Source: an uncultured Enterobacterales bacterium (GTDB lineage Bacteria > Myxococcota_A > UBA796 > CAJQPC01). Taken from it: a DNA stretch of 64,000 nucleotides. The translations under genes were made by a program, and so were the position numbers. The notes beneath the pieces were generated by a model. It was not told the origin of the DNA. It did not search any database and was given only the letters and a program-made list of their open reading frames with translations. Location of the stretch: contig CAZSZE010000016.1 in assembly GCA_964610645.1 (NCBI GenBank), forward strand, positions 617-64,616. The letters run 5' to 3'. Of the stretch, positions 27,575 to 35,273 are shown one piece after another; position 1 is the stretch's first letter, and every line of letters begins with the position of its first letter.

Positions 27575-28327
27575 ATGCGCAAGGAAACGGCGGACCCGAT
27601 GGCAGAGGGGATCAAGATCGGCGAGTTGGTGAAGCGCACCGGGGTGACCCGGGCGACGGTGCACCATTACGTGCGGGAGGGCCTCCTTCCGGAGCCGAAG
27701 AAGACCTCGCGCAACATGGCGTTGTACGACCCGAGCTGCGTGGACCGCGTGCTGCTCATCAAGGGGCTTCAGGCCCAGACGCGGCGCTCCCTGGCCGAGG
27801 TCAAGGGCCTGCTGGAAGATGCCACCGGCAACGAGGGCATTGGCCGGCTCCAGGACCTGCTGGAGAACGAGGCCATGCGGGCCCAGGTCTCCCCGTTGAA
27901 CCCGGAAAAGAGCCGCTCCCCCCTGACGTTGAAGCAGCTGTGCGATCGCAGTGGGTTTGGCCGGACGGACATCGAGGAGTTCTGTGAGCACGACCTGATC
28001 GTGCCGACCGGCACCGGTCGGAATCGCAGGTTTGGTCCCCTGGACGTGGCGGTGGTCGATGCCCTGGCGGGACTTCGGGAAGCGGGCTTTGACGAGACCC
28101 ATGGTTTCAGGCCGGCCCATGCCGCCATCTACCTGCATGCCATGCGGGACCTTCTGCACACGGAGATCTCCAGCTTTCTGGCAACCGCGTCGAGCTACGA
28201 CGATCCCGATGAGCTTCTGCGCCTCGCGGAGATGGGCATCGAGCGGGTCACGCCGCTGATGCTGGCCTTGCGCCGGCGGGTCATGCACGAGCTGATTGCT
28301 GCAACGCCCCTTGCCAACGGCAACTGA
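27575..28327 (+). CDS. MerR-family transcriptional regulator (LiuR-like context)
   Basis: 250 aa from the ATG at 27575, with GAGG 8-9 nt upstream. MerR HTH: IKIGELVKRTGVTRATVHHYVREGLL. Confidence 0.85.
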   Translation: MRKETADPMAEGIKIGELVKRTGVTRATVHHYVREGLLPEPKKTSRNMALYDPSCVDRVLLIKGLQAQTRRSLAEVKGLLEDATGNEGIGRLQDLLENEAMRAQVSPLNPEKSRSPLTLKQLCDRSGFGRTDIEEFCEHDLIVPTGTGRNRRFGPLDVAVVDALAGLREAGFDETHGFRPAHAAIYLHAMRDLLHTEISSFLATASSYDDPDELLRLAEMGIERVTPLMLALRRRVMHELIAATPLANGN

Positions 28328-29124
28328 TGGCACAGGAGATCCCTCCGTTTGAGAGCTTGATCTACGAGCTGGAGGGGCATGTCTGCACCCTGACCCTGAA
28401 CCGGCCGGAGAAGCGAAACGCCCTGTCGGGACAGCTTGTGAATGAGTTGATCGTGGCCCTGGAAACCGCCGGGGAAGACCCGGATGTCCGGGTGGTGGTG
28501 CTGACCGGTGCTGGCAGTGCCTTTTGCGCCGGGGCGGATCTCTCCCAGATGAGCGGAGCTGCTGCCAGTGGGGACTCCCCCATCGCGTGGCGGGGTGGCT
28601 TTCAGGAGTTGAATCTCGCGTTCACCGAAATCGGCAAGCCGGTCCTCTGCAAGGTCCGTCGCTACGCCCTGGCGGGTGCCCTGGCCCTGGTGTGCAACAG
28701 CACCTTTGTGCTGGCCGAGGACAACGCCACCTTCGGTGCCCCGGAGATCGACCGGGGCATCTTTCCCATGATGGTGATGGCCAGCCTGTTCCGCACGGTG
28801 CCCAAGCGAAAGGGCCTGGAGCTGGTGCTGTCCGGCGAGCGCATCTCCGCTGCCGAGGCCGCCCAGATGGGCCTGATCACCCGGGCGGTTCCCTCCGAAG
28901 ACCTGGACGACGCTGTGGCGACCCTGGCCGCCACCCTCGCTGCCAAGCCGCCGGCCGCCGTGCGCCTGGGCCTGGAGGCCTACCACGCCCAATCCGAAAA
29001 AGACTTTGCCGAAGCCCTGCCCTACCTCCAGGAAATGCTGATGAAGTGCCTCAGCACCGAGGACGCCCAGGAAGGCGTGATGGCCTTCCTGCAAAAGCGC
29101 GAGCCGGTCTGGAAGGGGCGCTGA
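28327..29124 (+). CDS. enoyl-CoA hydratase/isomerase (crotonase)
   Basis: 265 aa with a TGATG overlap onto the MerR stop. Motifs LNRPEKRNAL and LTGAGSAFCAGADL. Confidence 0.9.
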   Translation: MAQEIPPFESLIYELEGHVCTLTLNRPEKRNALSGQLVNELIVALETAGEDPDVRVVVLTGAGSAFCAGADLSQMSGAAASGDSPIAWRGGFQELNLAFTEIGKPVLCKVRRYALAGALALVCNSTFVLAEDNATFGAPEIDRGIFPMMVMASLFRTVPKRKGLELVLSGERISAAEAAQMGLITRAVPSEDLDDAVATLAATLAAKPPAAVRLGLEAYHAQSEKDFAEALPYLQEMLMKCLSTEDAQEGVMAFLQKREPVWKGR

Positions 29125-29182
29125 CGGGCGGGCTGGTCTGGAAGGGGCGCTGACGGGCGGGCTGGTCTGGAAGGGGCGCTGA
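29106..29182 (+). repeat. 29-bp tandem repeat x2.7 duplicating the last 5 codons plus stop of the crotonase gene
   Basis: GGTCTGGAAGGGGCGCTGACGGGCGGGCT occurs at 29106 and 29135, with a partial third copy at 29164. Every copy contains ...VWKGR-TGA. Confidence 0.9.
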
Positions 29183-29191
29183 AGCGCCAGG

Positions 29192-29389
29192 TTCGCCACA
29201 ACTGCGGGGGGATACGCTATCCCCCCCCAAAGCTGGCGAGGTGGGCGACCGTTCATGGAGGCGTGTTCCACCGGGTTCGCCAGTTTGGGGAGGGTATGGA
29301 ATGACTCCCCCCAATTCTGGCGACATCGAGGGGTCGATGTTCGCCACTTTGGCGGGGGGATACGCTATCTCCCCCTCAAACTGGCGAGG
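29192..29389. repeat. three copies of a ~50-bp hairpin (REP/MITE-like) element
   Basis: Copies lie at 29192-29241, 29276-29323 and 29340-29389. Each is TTCGCCA...GGGGGGATA-CGC-TATCCCCCC...TGGCGA, with long imperfect inverted arms. Confidence 0.8.
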
Positions 29390-29522
29390 TTTGGGTGGTC
29401 TGGGTCGCCAGATCAAGGGGGGTATAAAGTGACACACCGTGAATTTGGCTGACGTACCCTTGTTTCGGGGGACAATTCTGGTGTGACATGGTCGTCATCT
29501 TGGACCTGAGGCAGAGCGGATC

Positions 29523-29888
29523 ATGAGTCGATGCGGAATCGAGTTGCTAACGTATGTGCGACAACGGTGGCCGGTAGATACGGGAACCTCCCGGGCAGCG
29601 TGGGCTTGGGAGATCTGTGCGGCGCCCGGCAAGTGTTCAATCACACTCGAGAATCCGATGTTCTACGCCTCTGATATCACCCGCGACGGTTTGCCAGACG
29701 ACGAACCGCTTTGGTCGGAGTTGATTGCTGAAGCTTGGGCGAGCATTGGCCAGTCCTTCTACGAGCAGATATTGCCGGAAGTGGACAAGGAGCAGGATGC
29801 AATTGAGGCGGCTGTAGCTGGCGGCATGGACAGGGAAAGAGCCGGGTTCTTTGTTCTCAACCCATACGACGGCCTGGTTCGAGCCTGA
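29523..29888 (+). CDS. hypothetical protein (weak resemblance to HK97-gp10-type phage head-tail proteins)
   Basis: 121 aa in a lower-GC stretch. The WPVDTGTSRAAW...NP.FYA pattern is reminiscent of phage gp10-family proteins. This is weak. Confidence 0.4.
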   Translation: MSRCGIELLTYVRQRWPVDTGTSRAAWAWEICAAPGKCSITLENPMFYASDITRDGLPDDEPLWSELIAEAWASIGQSFYEQILPEVDKEQDAIEAAVAGGMDRERAGFFVLNPYDGLVRA

Positions 29889-29910
29889 CTTTCATGTCGA
29901 GTGCGGCGCG

Positions 29911-30594
29911 TTATCCCCGAATCTCCCCCATCACCGCCGCCAGCACCTCTGGATCTCGGAGCATTTCCGTGTGGCGCAGTCCACGCATTACCTGGCACCG
30001 CACCTGGTTGTCGTCTGCGAAAGGAACCATGCCGAAGGGGTGGATGCACAGTGGGTCGCGCTTGCTCACGATGGATAAAAGTGACACGTCCTCCGGCCAG
30101 GGGGCCTGGTTCAGGCGGCGAATGGCTGGGGAGAGGGGGACCATCTGGTAGGGGGCGCTGCTGAGGACGCCCAGGCCCACGAACAGGCCGGCGATGGCGG
30201 CGGGGGTGCCCCGGTGGGGGGTGCCGATGGTGATCAGGCCGCGCACAAAGCGGCCAGCTCCTTCCTCCTGGATGGCCCAGCGGGCGATGATGCCGCCGAT
30301 GGAGTGGGCCACGAGCCAGGGGCGGTGGCCGTCGGGGAGGGTCGAGAGGTACTGCTCCAGGCGGCGGCCGCCGGTCTTGATGCCCCGGGTCTGCAGGTAG
30401 CCGAAGAGGCCGCCGAGGGGGGCGGCCGCTGCGTTCAGACCTTCTTGGGACAGGTGCTTTCGCACCGAGTTCATGGCCCGGGAGGAGTTGCCGAAGCCCT
30501 GGATCAGGATCACGTCCGGCGTGCCGCTCCCACTGCCCTTTCGCTGCGGCAGGTAGAAGCCAGGTGTGCCGAAGTTGTCTGTGAGGAACTTCAT
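29911..30594 (-). CDS. alpha/beta-fold lipase/esterase
   Basis: 227 aa from MKFLTD, with an ATGA overlap onto the upstream GH gene. Nucleophile elbow AHSIGG (the A-x-S-x-G lipase variant), then GTPHRG. Confidence 0.75.
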   Translation of the reverse strand: MKFLTDNFGTPGFYLPQRKGSGSGTPDVILIQGFGNSSRAMNSVRKHLSQEGLNAAAAPLGGLFGYLQTRGIKTGGRRLEQYLSTLPDGHRPWLVAHSIGGIIARWAIQEEGAGRFVRGLITIGTPHRGTPAAIAGLFVGLGVLSSAPYQMVPLSPAIRRLNQAPWPEDVSLLSIVSKRDPLCIHPFGMVPFADDNQVRCQVMRGLRHTEMLRDPEVLAAVMGEIRG

Positions 30595-31949
30595 CGCGCC
30601 CCCGCCACGTGAACAAACACCGGCGAGGAGGAAAGACCAAGGGCAAAGGCCCCTCTGCGGGACCGAATCGTTGTTTCGGTGCTGTTGAGGTCCCAGTGGG
30701 TGGCCTTCCCCCGCCCGGGCAGCAGCAATTCGCTGGTTTCCTCCAGGGTCCAGAAAACATGGGTCTCGCCTGTGCCCCCGGTGAGACGCAGGGCCCAGGT
30801 GTTCTCGTCCAGCCCCAGCCACTCGGAGAGGTCTTCTACAGTGTCGTGGTCCGCCAAGGCCCGAGACAACGCCGAAAAGGCGTGGGCGGCCGGCTTGGGA
30901 GAGGCTTCGTCGTTGTCCAGTGGGTCGTCGTCGTAGTCATACAGCCCAAACATGTGCTCCTGGTTCTGCGGGTCCTCGCCTGAATCCCGGAAGGTGTACC
31001 AGTCGAAGATCTCCACCCCCTGGGAGAAGGCCACGAGCGCCCCCCGGACCAGCAGCGCGGCCTGGTCCTCGGGAGATACCCCCACGGCAATGGCCTCCGG
31101 GGCCGTGTGCCAGCCCATTTCGGTGATCCACAGGGGAAGATCCGGAACGCCGATTTCCGCGACAAGCTCCCGGGCTTCGCAGGCCGTGGTCGTAAGCGAG
31201 TCCTGGGTGTCGGTCTGCGCCTCGGGTGCGGAGAACGGGTAGCGGTACGGGTGGTAGGAAAGGGCATCGATGTGGTCGGCGAGGTCCGGCACAAACCCGT
31301 GCACCTCCCGCACAAAATCGAATCCCCCGGTGTTCAACAAGAGCCGCGGCAGAAAGACCCCGCCAAAGGAGATCAGCGCGTCGGAATCCACAGCGCGGAT
31401 CCGGGCCGAGGCCTCCACCAGCAGCTCCCCGTAGCCTTGGGGGTCTTCCTCCGGGCGCCAGAACGCCAGGCCCGCGTTGGGTTCGTTCCAGATCTCGTAC
31501 ATAAGGATCTCATCGCCGTAGTCCGTGGCGATGCGCTCGACGAAGGCACCAAAATCCGCCACGTCGTCCGGGGGGCGGTGCCCATCGTCATACTCGGGGC
31601 TTGCCCACTGGTTGCCATATGCCATCAGCGCCATGAGGTCGGCGTCCACGGTGTCCAGGGCGTCGAACAGGCGATCCATGAGCGCCAGGTCCCAGGTGCC
31701 TCGCTCCGGCTCCAGGTCCCGCCACAAGACGTCCCGACGCACGTTGCCGGGACCCAGGGCCCCCCACTGGTCGACCTCGAATTCCCGGCGGGCCGTGGAG
31801 GCCTCGTCGTCCTCCCACTCCAGGTGAGAGGAGAGGCCAAGGCCCCGGGCAAGGCCATGGGGGATTGTTGCGACATCCACGCAGCCCTTGGATACGCCGT
31901 CCCCCGGGGGGGTGTAGTTGCTGCAACCCAAGAGGAGAAGGGCAAACAC
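30591..31949 (-). CDS. glycoside hydrolase, clan GH-A (GH5/GH39-like) lipoprotein
   Basis: 452 aa. Lipobox LLLLGCS, acid/base context YEIWNEPN, nucleophile context WITEMGW. Confidence 0.75.
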   Translation of the reverse strand: MFALLLLGCSNYTPPGDGVSKGCVDVATIPHGLARGLGLSSHLEWEDDEASTARREFEVDQWGALGPGNVRRDVLWRDLEPERGTWDLALMDRLFDALDTVDADLMALMAYGNQWASPEYDDGHRPPDDVADFGAFVERIATDYGDEILMYEIWNEPNAGLAFWRPEEDPQGYGELLVEASARIRAVDSDALISFGGVFLPRLLLNTGGFDFVREVHGFVPDLADHIDALSYHPYRYPFSAPEAQTDTQDSLTTTACEARELVAEIGVPDLPLWITEMGWHTAPEAIAVGVSPEDQAALLVRGALVAFSQGVEIFDWYTFRDSGEDPQNQEHMFGLYDYDDDPLDNDEASPKPAAHAFSALSRALADHDTVEDLSEWLGLDENTWALRLTGGTGETHVFWTLEETSELLLPGRGKATHWDLNSTETTIRSRRGAFALGLSSSPVFVHVAGAR

Positions 31950-31952
31950 GGA

Positions 31953-33884
31953 CTACTGCACCTGCTCCGCGAGGTGCTCGGCAGCCCGGTGGGCCCAGGC
32001 CATGATGGAAAGCTGTGGGTTGACCCCGAGGGAGGTGGGGAAGATGCCCCCATCCACCACGTACAGCCCGGGAAGCTCCCAGGACTGCAGGTTGGAGTCC
32101 ACCACGCCCCCGCGGGCCGATGTGGACATGCGGGCGGTTCCGAGGGGGTGAAACGCCATCAGCTCCAGGGCCCAGGGATCCAGGGGCTTGGCGAGCACGT
32201 CGAGGGCTTCCTCCAGCGTGTCCTGGGACTCGGCGCCTGCCAGGGGAAGAAAGATCCGCTCTGCCCCGGCAGCAAAAAAGACCCGGGCCAGGATCTTCAG
32301 ACCCTTGCCCACCTGCGCCAGGTCTTTTCGGGACATCCAGTAATAGAGAATGGCCTTTCCATCCGGCCCCCGAAAGACACGGCCGTTGGGTCCATCTGAC
32401 ACAAAAAGTCCAAACATCGCCAGGTGTTGGAATCGCTCCATGACCTCCGTGTAGGCTCGGCCCACAAAGGGCACGGCGATGCTGGAGTAGGCAGGAGGGA
32501 GAAATGCCCCTTCGAACATGAGTCCCTCGTCGGCGTACTCGGTGATGCCGTAGCCCTGGGGCGTGTCTTCCCAGCCATTGACGACTTCAGGCATGAGCGC
32601 GGCGATCTTGGCGGCGGGGTGCAGTGTCAGGTGGCGACCGAGGTGGCGGTTCTTGAGACCGACTCCCTTGAGAAAGGGCACACCTGAGATGCTGCCGCAA
32701 GCGCTTACGACTGCGTCGGCGCGGACGGTCAGGGCGGGGCCGCCCCCCTGGGGAGAGGCGATCAGACCGCCGGCCCGGCTGCCGTCTCGAATCACCGTGT
32801 GGGCCCGCAGTCCCGTGAAGAGCCGGGCACCCGCCCGCAATGCATCAGGCACGTAGGTCACATTCATGGACTGCTTGGCTTCGCGCGGGCAGCCAAAGGC
32901 ACAGACCGCACTGCCTTCGCAGCCCTTGATGTTGCGCTTCAGGGGCCCGTGCTCGAGATTCAAGGCGGCTGCTCCCCGGGCGATCACACGGCTGGAGCCT
33001 CCCAAGAGCGAGTCGGGCACTGGCTTCACGGAGAGCCTTTCTTCCACAGATCGGAAGTGGCGGGCCACCTCGTCGCGATCCACGGGCAGCCCCAGCTCCT
33101 CCCACACTTTCAGGACCCGCTCCGGCGTGCGAAAGCAGGTGCCGGAGTTGATGGTGGTGGTCCCTCCCACGGTCATGCCCAGGGGAACGGGCAGGGCGGG
33201 TCGACCCAGGGCCAGGGTGGTGCCGCCTTCCCGGTAGGTGGTGCGCAGGGCTCGCATGGGATCCCCGCCAAATTCCTCTGTGCCGTGGATGCGCCCCTCC
33301 TCCACGAGGACCACGTCGATGCCCTTTTCTGCAAGCTCCGCAGCCACCACCGCCCCTCCGGCACCAGATCCCACCACAGCGACCTGGCAGCGCACCTCCG
33401 TGTCCCGTTCCAGGACCGAGACCACGTCTTCCATGGGCAGCTTCATGGGCTCCCGGGGCTGCACGCCTTCCAAGCGATCCGGGGGATGCCCGATGGAGGC
33501 CTGCACCGCGCGGCGCCCGATGTGCACCGGCTTCACCAGGGTCAGCAGCAGGCGTGCAGCCTGTCGGATCAGGAAGATGCGGGACTCGGCCCACCTGTCC
33601 ACCCAGCGGATTTGGGCTGGCCCATCCAAGGAGGTGAACGGGCGGGCATGAAAGAGCAGACTTCCCCATTCAAAGAACCACAGGACCAGCCGCACCGCGA
33701 TGCGCCCCTCTGGGGGCATGCTGGTCAGGGTCAGGCCCAGCTTGTGAATCAGGTCGTCGCTGTCTACGGGCAGGTTCAGCACCTCCCCCGGCGGGATGGC
33801 TGCCTCGACAATTGCCTGGAACAGCCGGGCGTGGCGCCGGGAGATGGGCGTGGGTTCCAGGGTTTCTAGTGCCATGTGGGTCAC
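31953..33884 (-). CDS. GMC-family FAD oxidoreductase with ~160-aa N-terminal extension (long-chain alcohol oxidase-like layout)
   Basis: 643 aa. FAD motif VAVVGSGAGGAVVAAELAEKG and C-terminal GMC motif FHPLGTARM. The stop lies 3 nt before the GH gene start. Confidence 0.85.
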   Translation of the reverse strand: MTHMALETLEPTPISRRHARLFQAIVEAAIPPGEVLNLPVDSDDLIHKLGLTLTSMPPEGRIAVRLVLWFFEWGSLLFHARPFTSLDGPAQIRWVDRWAESRIFLIRQAARLLLTLVKPVHIGRRAVQASIGHPPDRLEGVQPREPMKLPMEDVVSVLERDTEVRCQVAVVGSGAGGAVVAAELAEKGIDVVLVEEGRIHGTEEFGGDPMRALRTTYREGGTTLALGRPALPVPLGMTVGGTTTINSGTCFRTPERVLKVWEELGLPVDRDEVARHFRSVEERLSVKPVPDSLLGGSSRVIARGAAALNLEHGPLKRNIKGCEGSAVCAFGCPREAKQSMNVTYVPDALRAGARLFTGLRAHTVIRDGSRAGGLIASPQGGGPALTVRADAVVSACGSISGVPFLKGVGLKNRHLGRHLTLHPAAKIAALMPEVVNGWEDTPQGYGITEYADEGLMFEGAFLPPAYSSIAVPFVGRAYTEVMERFQHLAMFGLFVSDGPNGRVFRGPDGKAILYYWMSRKDLAQVGKGLKILARVFFAAGAERIFLPLAGAESQDTLEEALDVLAKPLDPWALELMAFHPLGTARMSTSARGGVVDSNLQSWELPGLYVVDGGIFPTSLGVNPQLSIMAWAHRAAEHLAEQVQ

Positions 33885-33925
33885 GGGGACTTTAACCCGA
33901 TGCTGGGCAGTGGTAGCCTCGGTTC

Positions 33926-34429
33926 ATGGTTCTCTTCGATGTTGGTTTCAGCTTCGTGGCGGCAGGCGCAATGGCCTGGCGTGCCCAGGGCACCCGCCCA
34001 GACCTGCCGCTGGTCTTCACAGGCTGTGGTCTCGCTCCAATCGGATTGATCTTCCTGGAGCGCTATCCGGCCTGGGATTGGCAGTACCTCGTGGATCCAG
34101 CCACGACGCCGGACATCACGCCGACGCTGTTTGTCGGGGCCATCGGGGTCGCAGCGGTGGCGGGCCACAAGGTGGGGAGTCGCTCGGTGAAACCCATCGC
34201 CGTGGCGGCGGGTCTGCTGGGCTTGTTCTGCCTGGTGCTGATCAAACAGATGCTCTTTGTGGGTACCTATGCCCAGTACCAGGCGGGAGAGGCGGCCCTG
34301 CTGCCCATGGAGTTCCTTGTCTTTGCTGTGCCCTGGTTGTCGCTGGGCGGCGGCATGCTGGGGGCATGCTTCTGGTGGTCTGAGAAGGCGGGTCGTGCAG
34401 CCCGTGGTTCCTCGCCGGGTGGAGGCTGA
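33926..34429 (+). CDS. hypothetical polytopic membrane protein
   Basis: 167 aa with about 4 hydrophobic segments. No family recognised. Confidence 0.5.
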   Translation: MVLFDVGFSFVAAGAMAWRAQGTRPDLPLVFTGCGLAPIGLIFLERYPAWDWQYLVDPATTPDITPTLFVGAIGVAAVAGHKVGSRSVKPIAVAAGLLGLFCLVLIKQMLFVGTYAQYQAGEAALLPMEFLVFAVPWLSLGGGMLGACFWWSEKAGRAARGSSPGGG

Positions 34430-34435
34430 CCGATC

Positions 34436-35269
34436 ATGCGTGGTGCCAGCCGAACCGCTGTGCTCGTGGCGGCCCTTCGGGCTCGGGCGACCTCCCGTGA
34501 AGACCCGATCTGCGTGGATCCCTGGGCCAAGTGGTTGTGTGGCGCGGAAGGGGAGGCCATGGCGGAGCGCACCCTGGAGTTCTTCCCGCCGGCGGAGCTG
34601 TGGGTTGCCCTGCGGACCGCCTTTCTGGATGGATTCCTGCGCCGTCGGTTGAAGGAAGGGGTGGACCAGGTCGTGGTTCTCGGTGCTGGGCTCGACACCC
34701 GGGCGGTGCGGCTCCAGGCGCCGGAGGTGCGCTTCTTTGAGGTCGACCATCCGGACACGCAGGCGGCGAAGATCGAAGGGTTGAACGCCCTGGGGGACTA
34801 CCCGGTGGAGGCTGCCACCTATGTGTCCTGCGATTTCACCCACCAGACGCCCGTGGAGCGGCTGATCGCCGCGGGGATGGACCCGAACCGGCCGACGGCG
34901 GTGCTGTGGGAGGGGGTGGTGCCCTACCTGGATCGGGAAGCGGTGGTGGCCACACTGACGCAGCTGCAAACGGGATTGCACGGGGAGAGCGTGGTGGCGT
35001 TCGACCTGGTAAACAAGGCGCTGGTGGAGGGGCGCTCCTCCATGTCTTCGGATGAGCAGCTCGTCGGCATGGTGGACGAGGTGGGCGAGCCGTTTCGCTA
35101 CGGGGTGAATGACCCGATGCCGCTCTTGGTGGAGTCGGGCTACCGCCACGTGCGCACCTTGTCTTTTGATGAGATCTGCCTGGAGGTCACCGGGTCCTAC
35201 AAGCGGGAGCGTGCCTTTCGCTTCCAGTCCGTGGTGCTGGCCAGCCGGGCCCGCCGGTTGAACTTCTGA
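34436..35269 (+). CDS. class I SAM-dependent methyltransferase (leucine carboxyl methyltransferase/TIGR00027-like)
   Basis: 277 aa. Motifs SRTAVLVAALRA, VVVLGAGLDTRAVRL, FFEVDHPDTQ and VLWEGVVPYL. Confidence 0.85.
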   Translation: MRGASRTAVLVAALRARATSREDPICVDPWAKWLCGAEGEAMAERTLEFFPPAELWVALRTAFLDGFLRRRLKEGVDQVVVLGAGLDTRAVRLQAPEVRFFEVDHPDTQAAKIEGLNALGDYPVEAATYVSCDFTHQTPVERLIAAGMDPNRPTAVLWEGVVPYLDREAVVATLTQLQTGLHGESVVAFDLVNKALVEGRSSMSSDEQLVGMVDEVGEPFRYGVNDPMPLLVESGYRHVRTLSFDEICLEVTGSYKRERAFRFQSVVLASRARRLNF

Positions 35270-35273
35270 AGGA

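Noticed and set aside
29106-29389. Repeat cluster as a CRISPR array.
   Set aside because: The 29-bp units are directly contiguous with no spacers. The three ~50-bp units are self-complementary hairpins of differing sequence, separated by irregular short linkers. No cas genes are present in the window.
29190-29900. Prophage or integrative element.
   Set aside because: There is only one weakly phage-like gene. I saw no integrase, terminase, capsid, tRNA target or direct-repeat borders.
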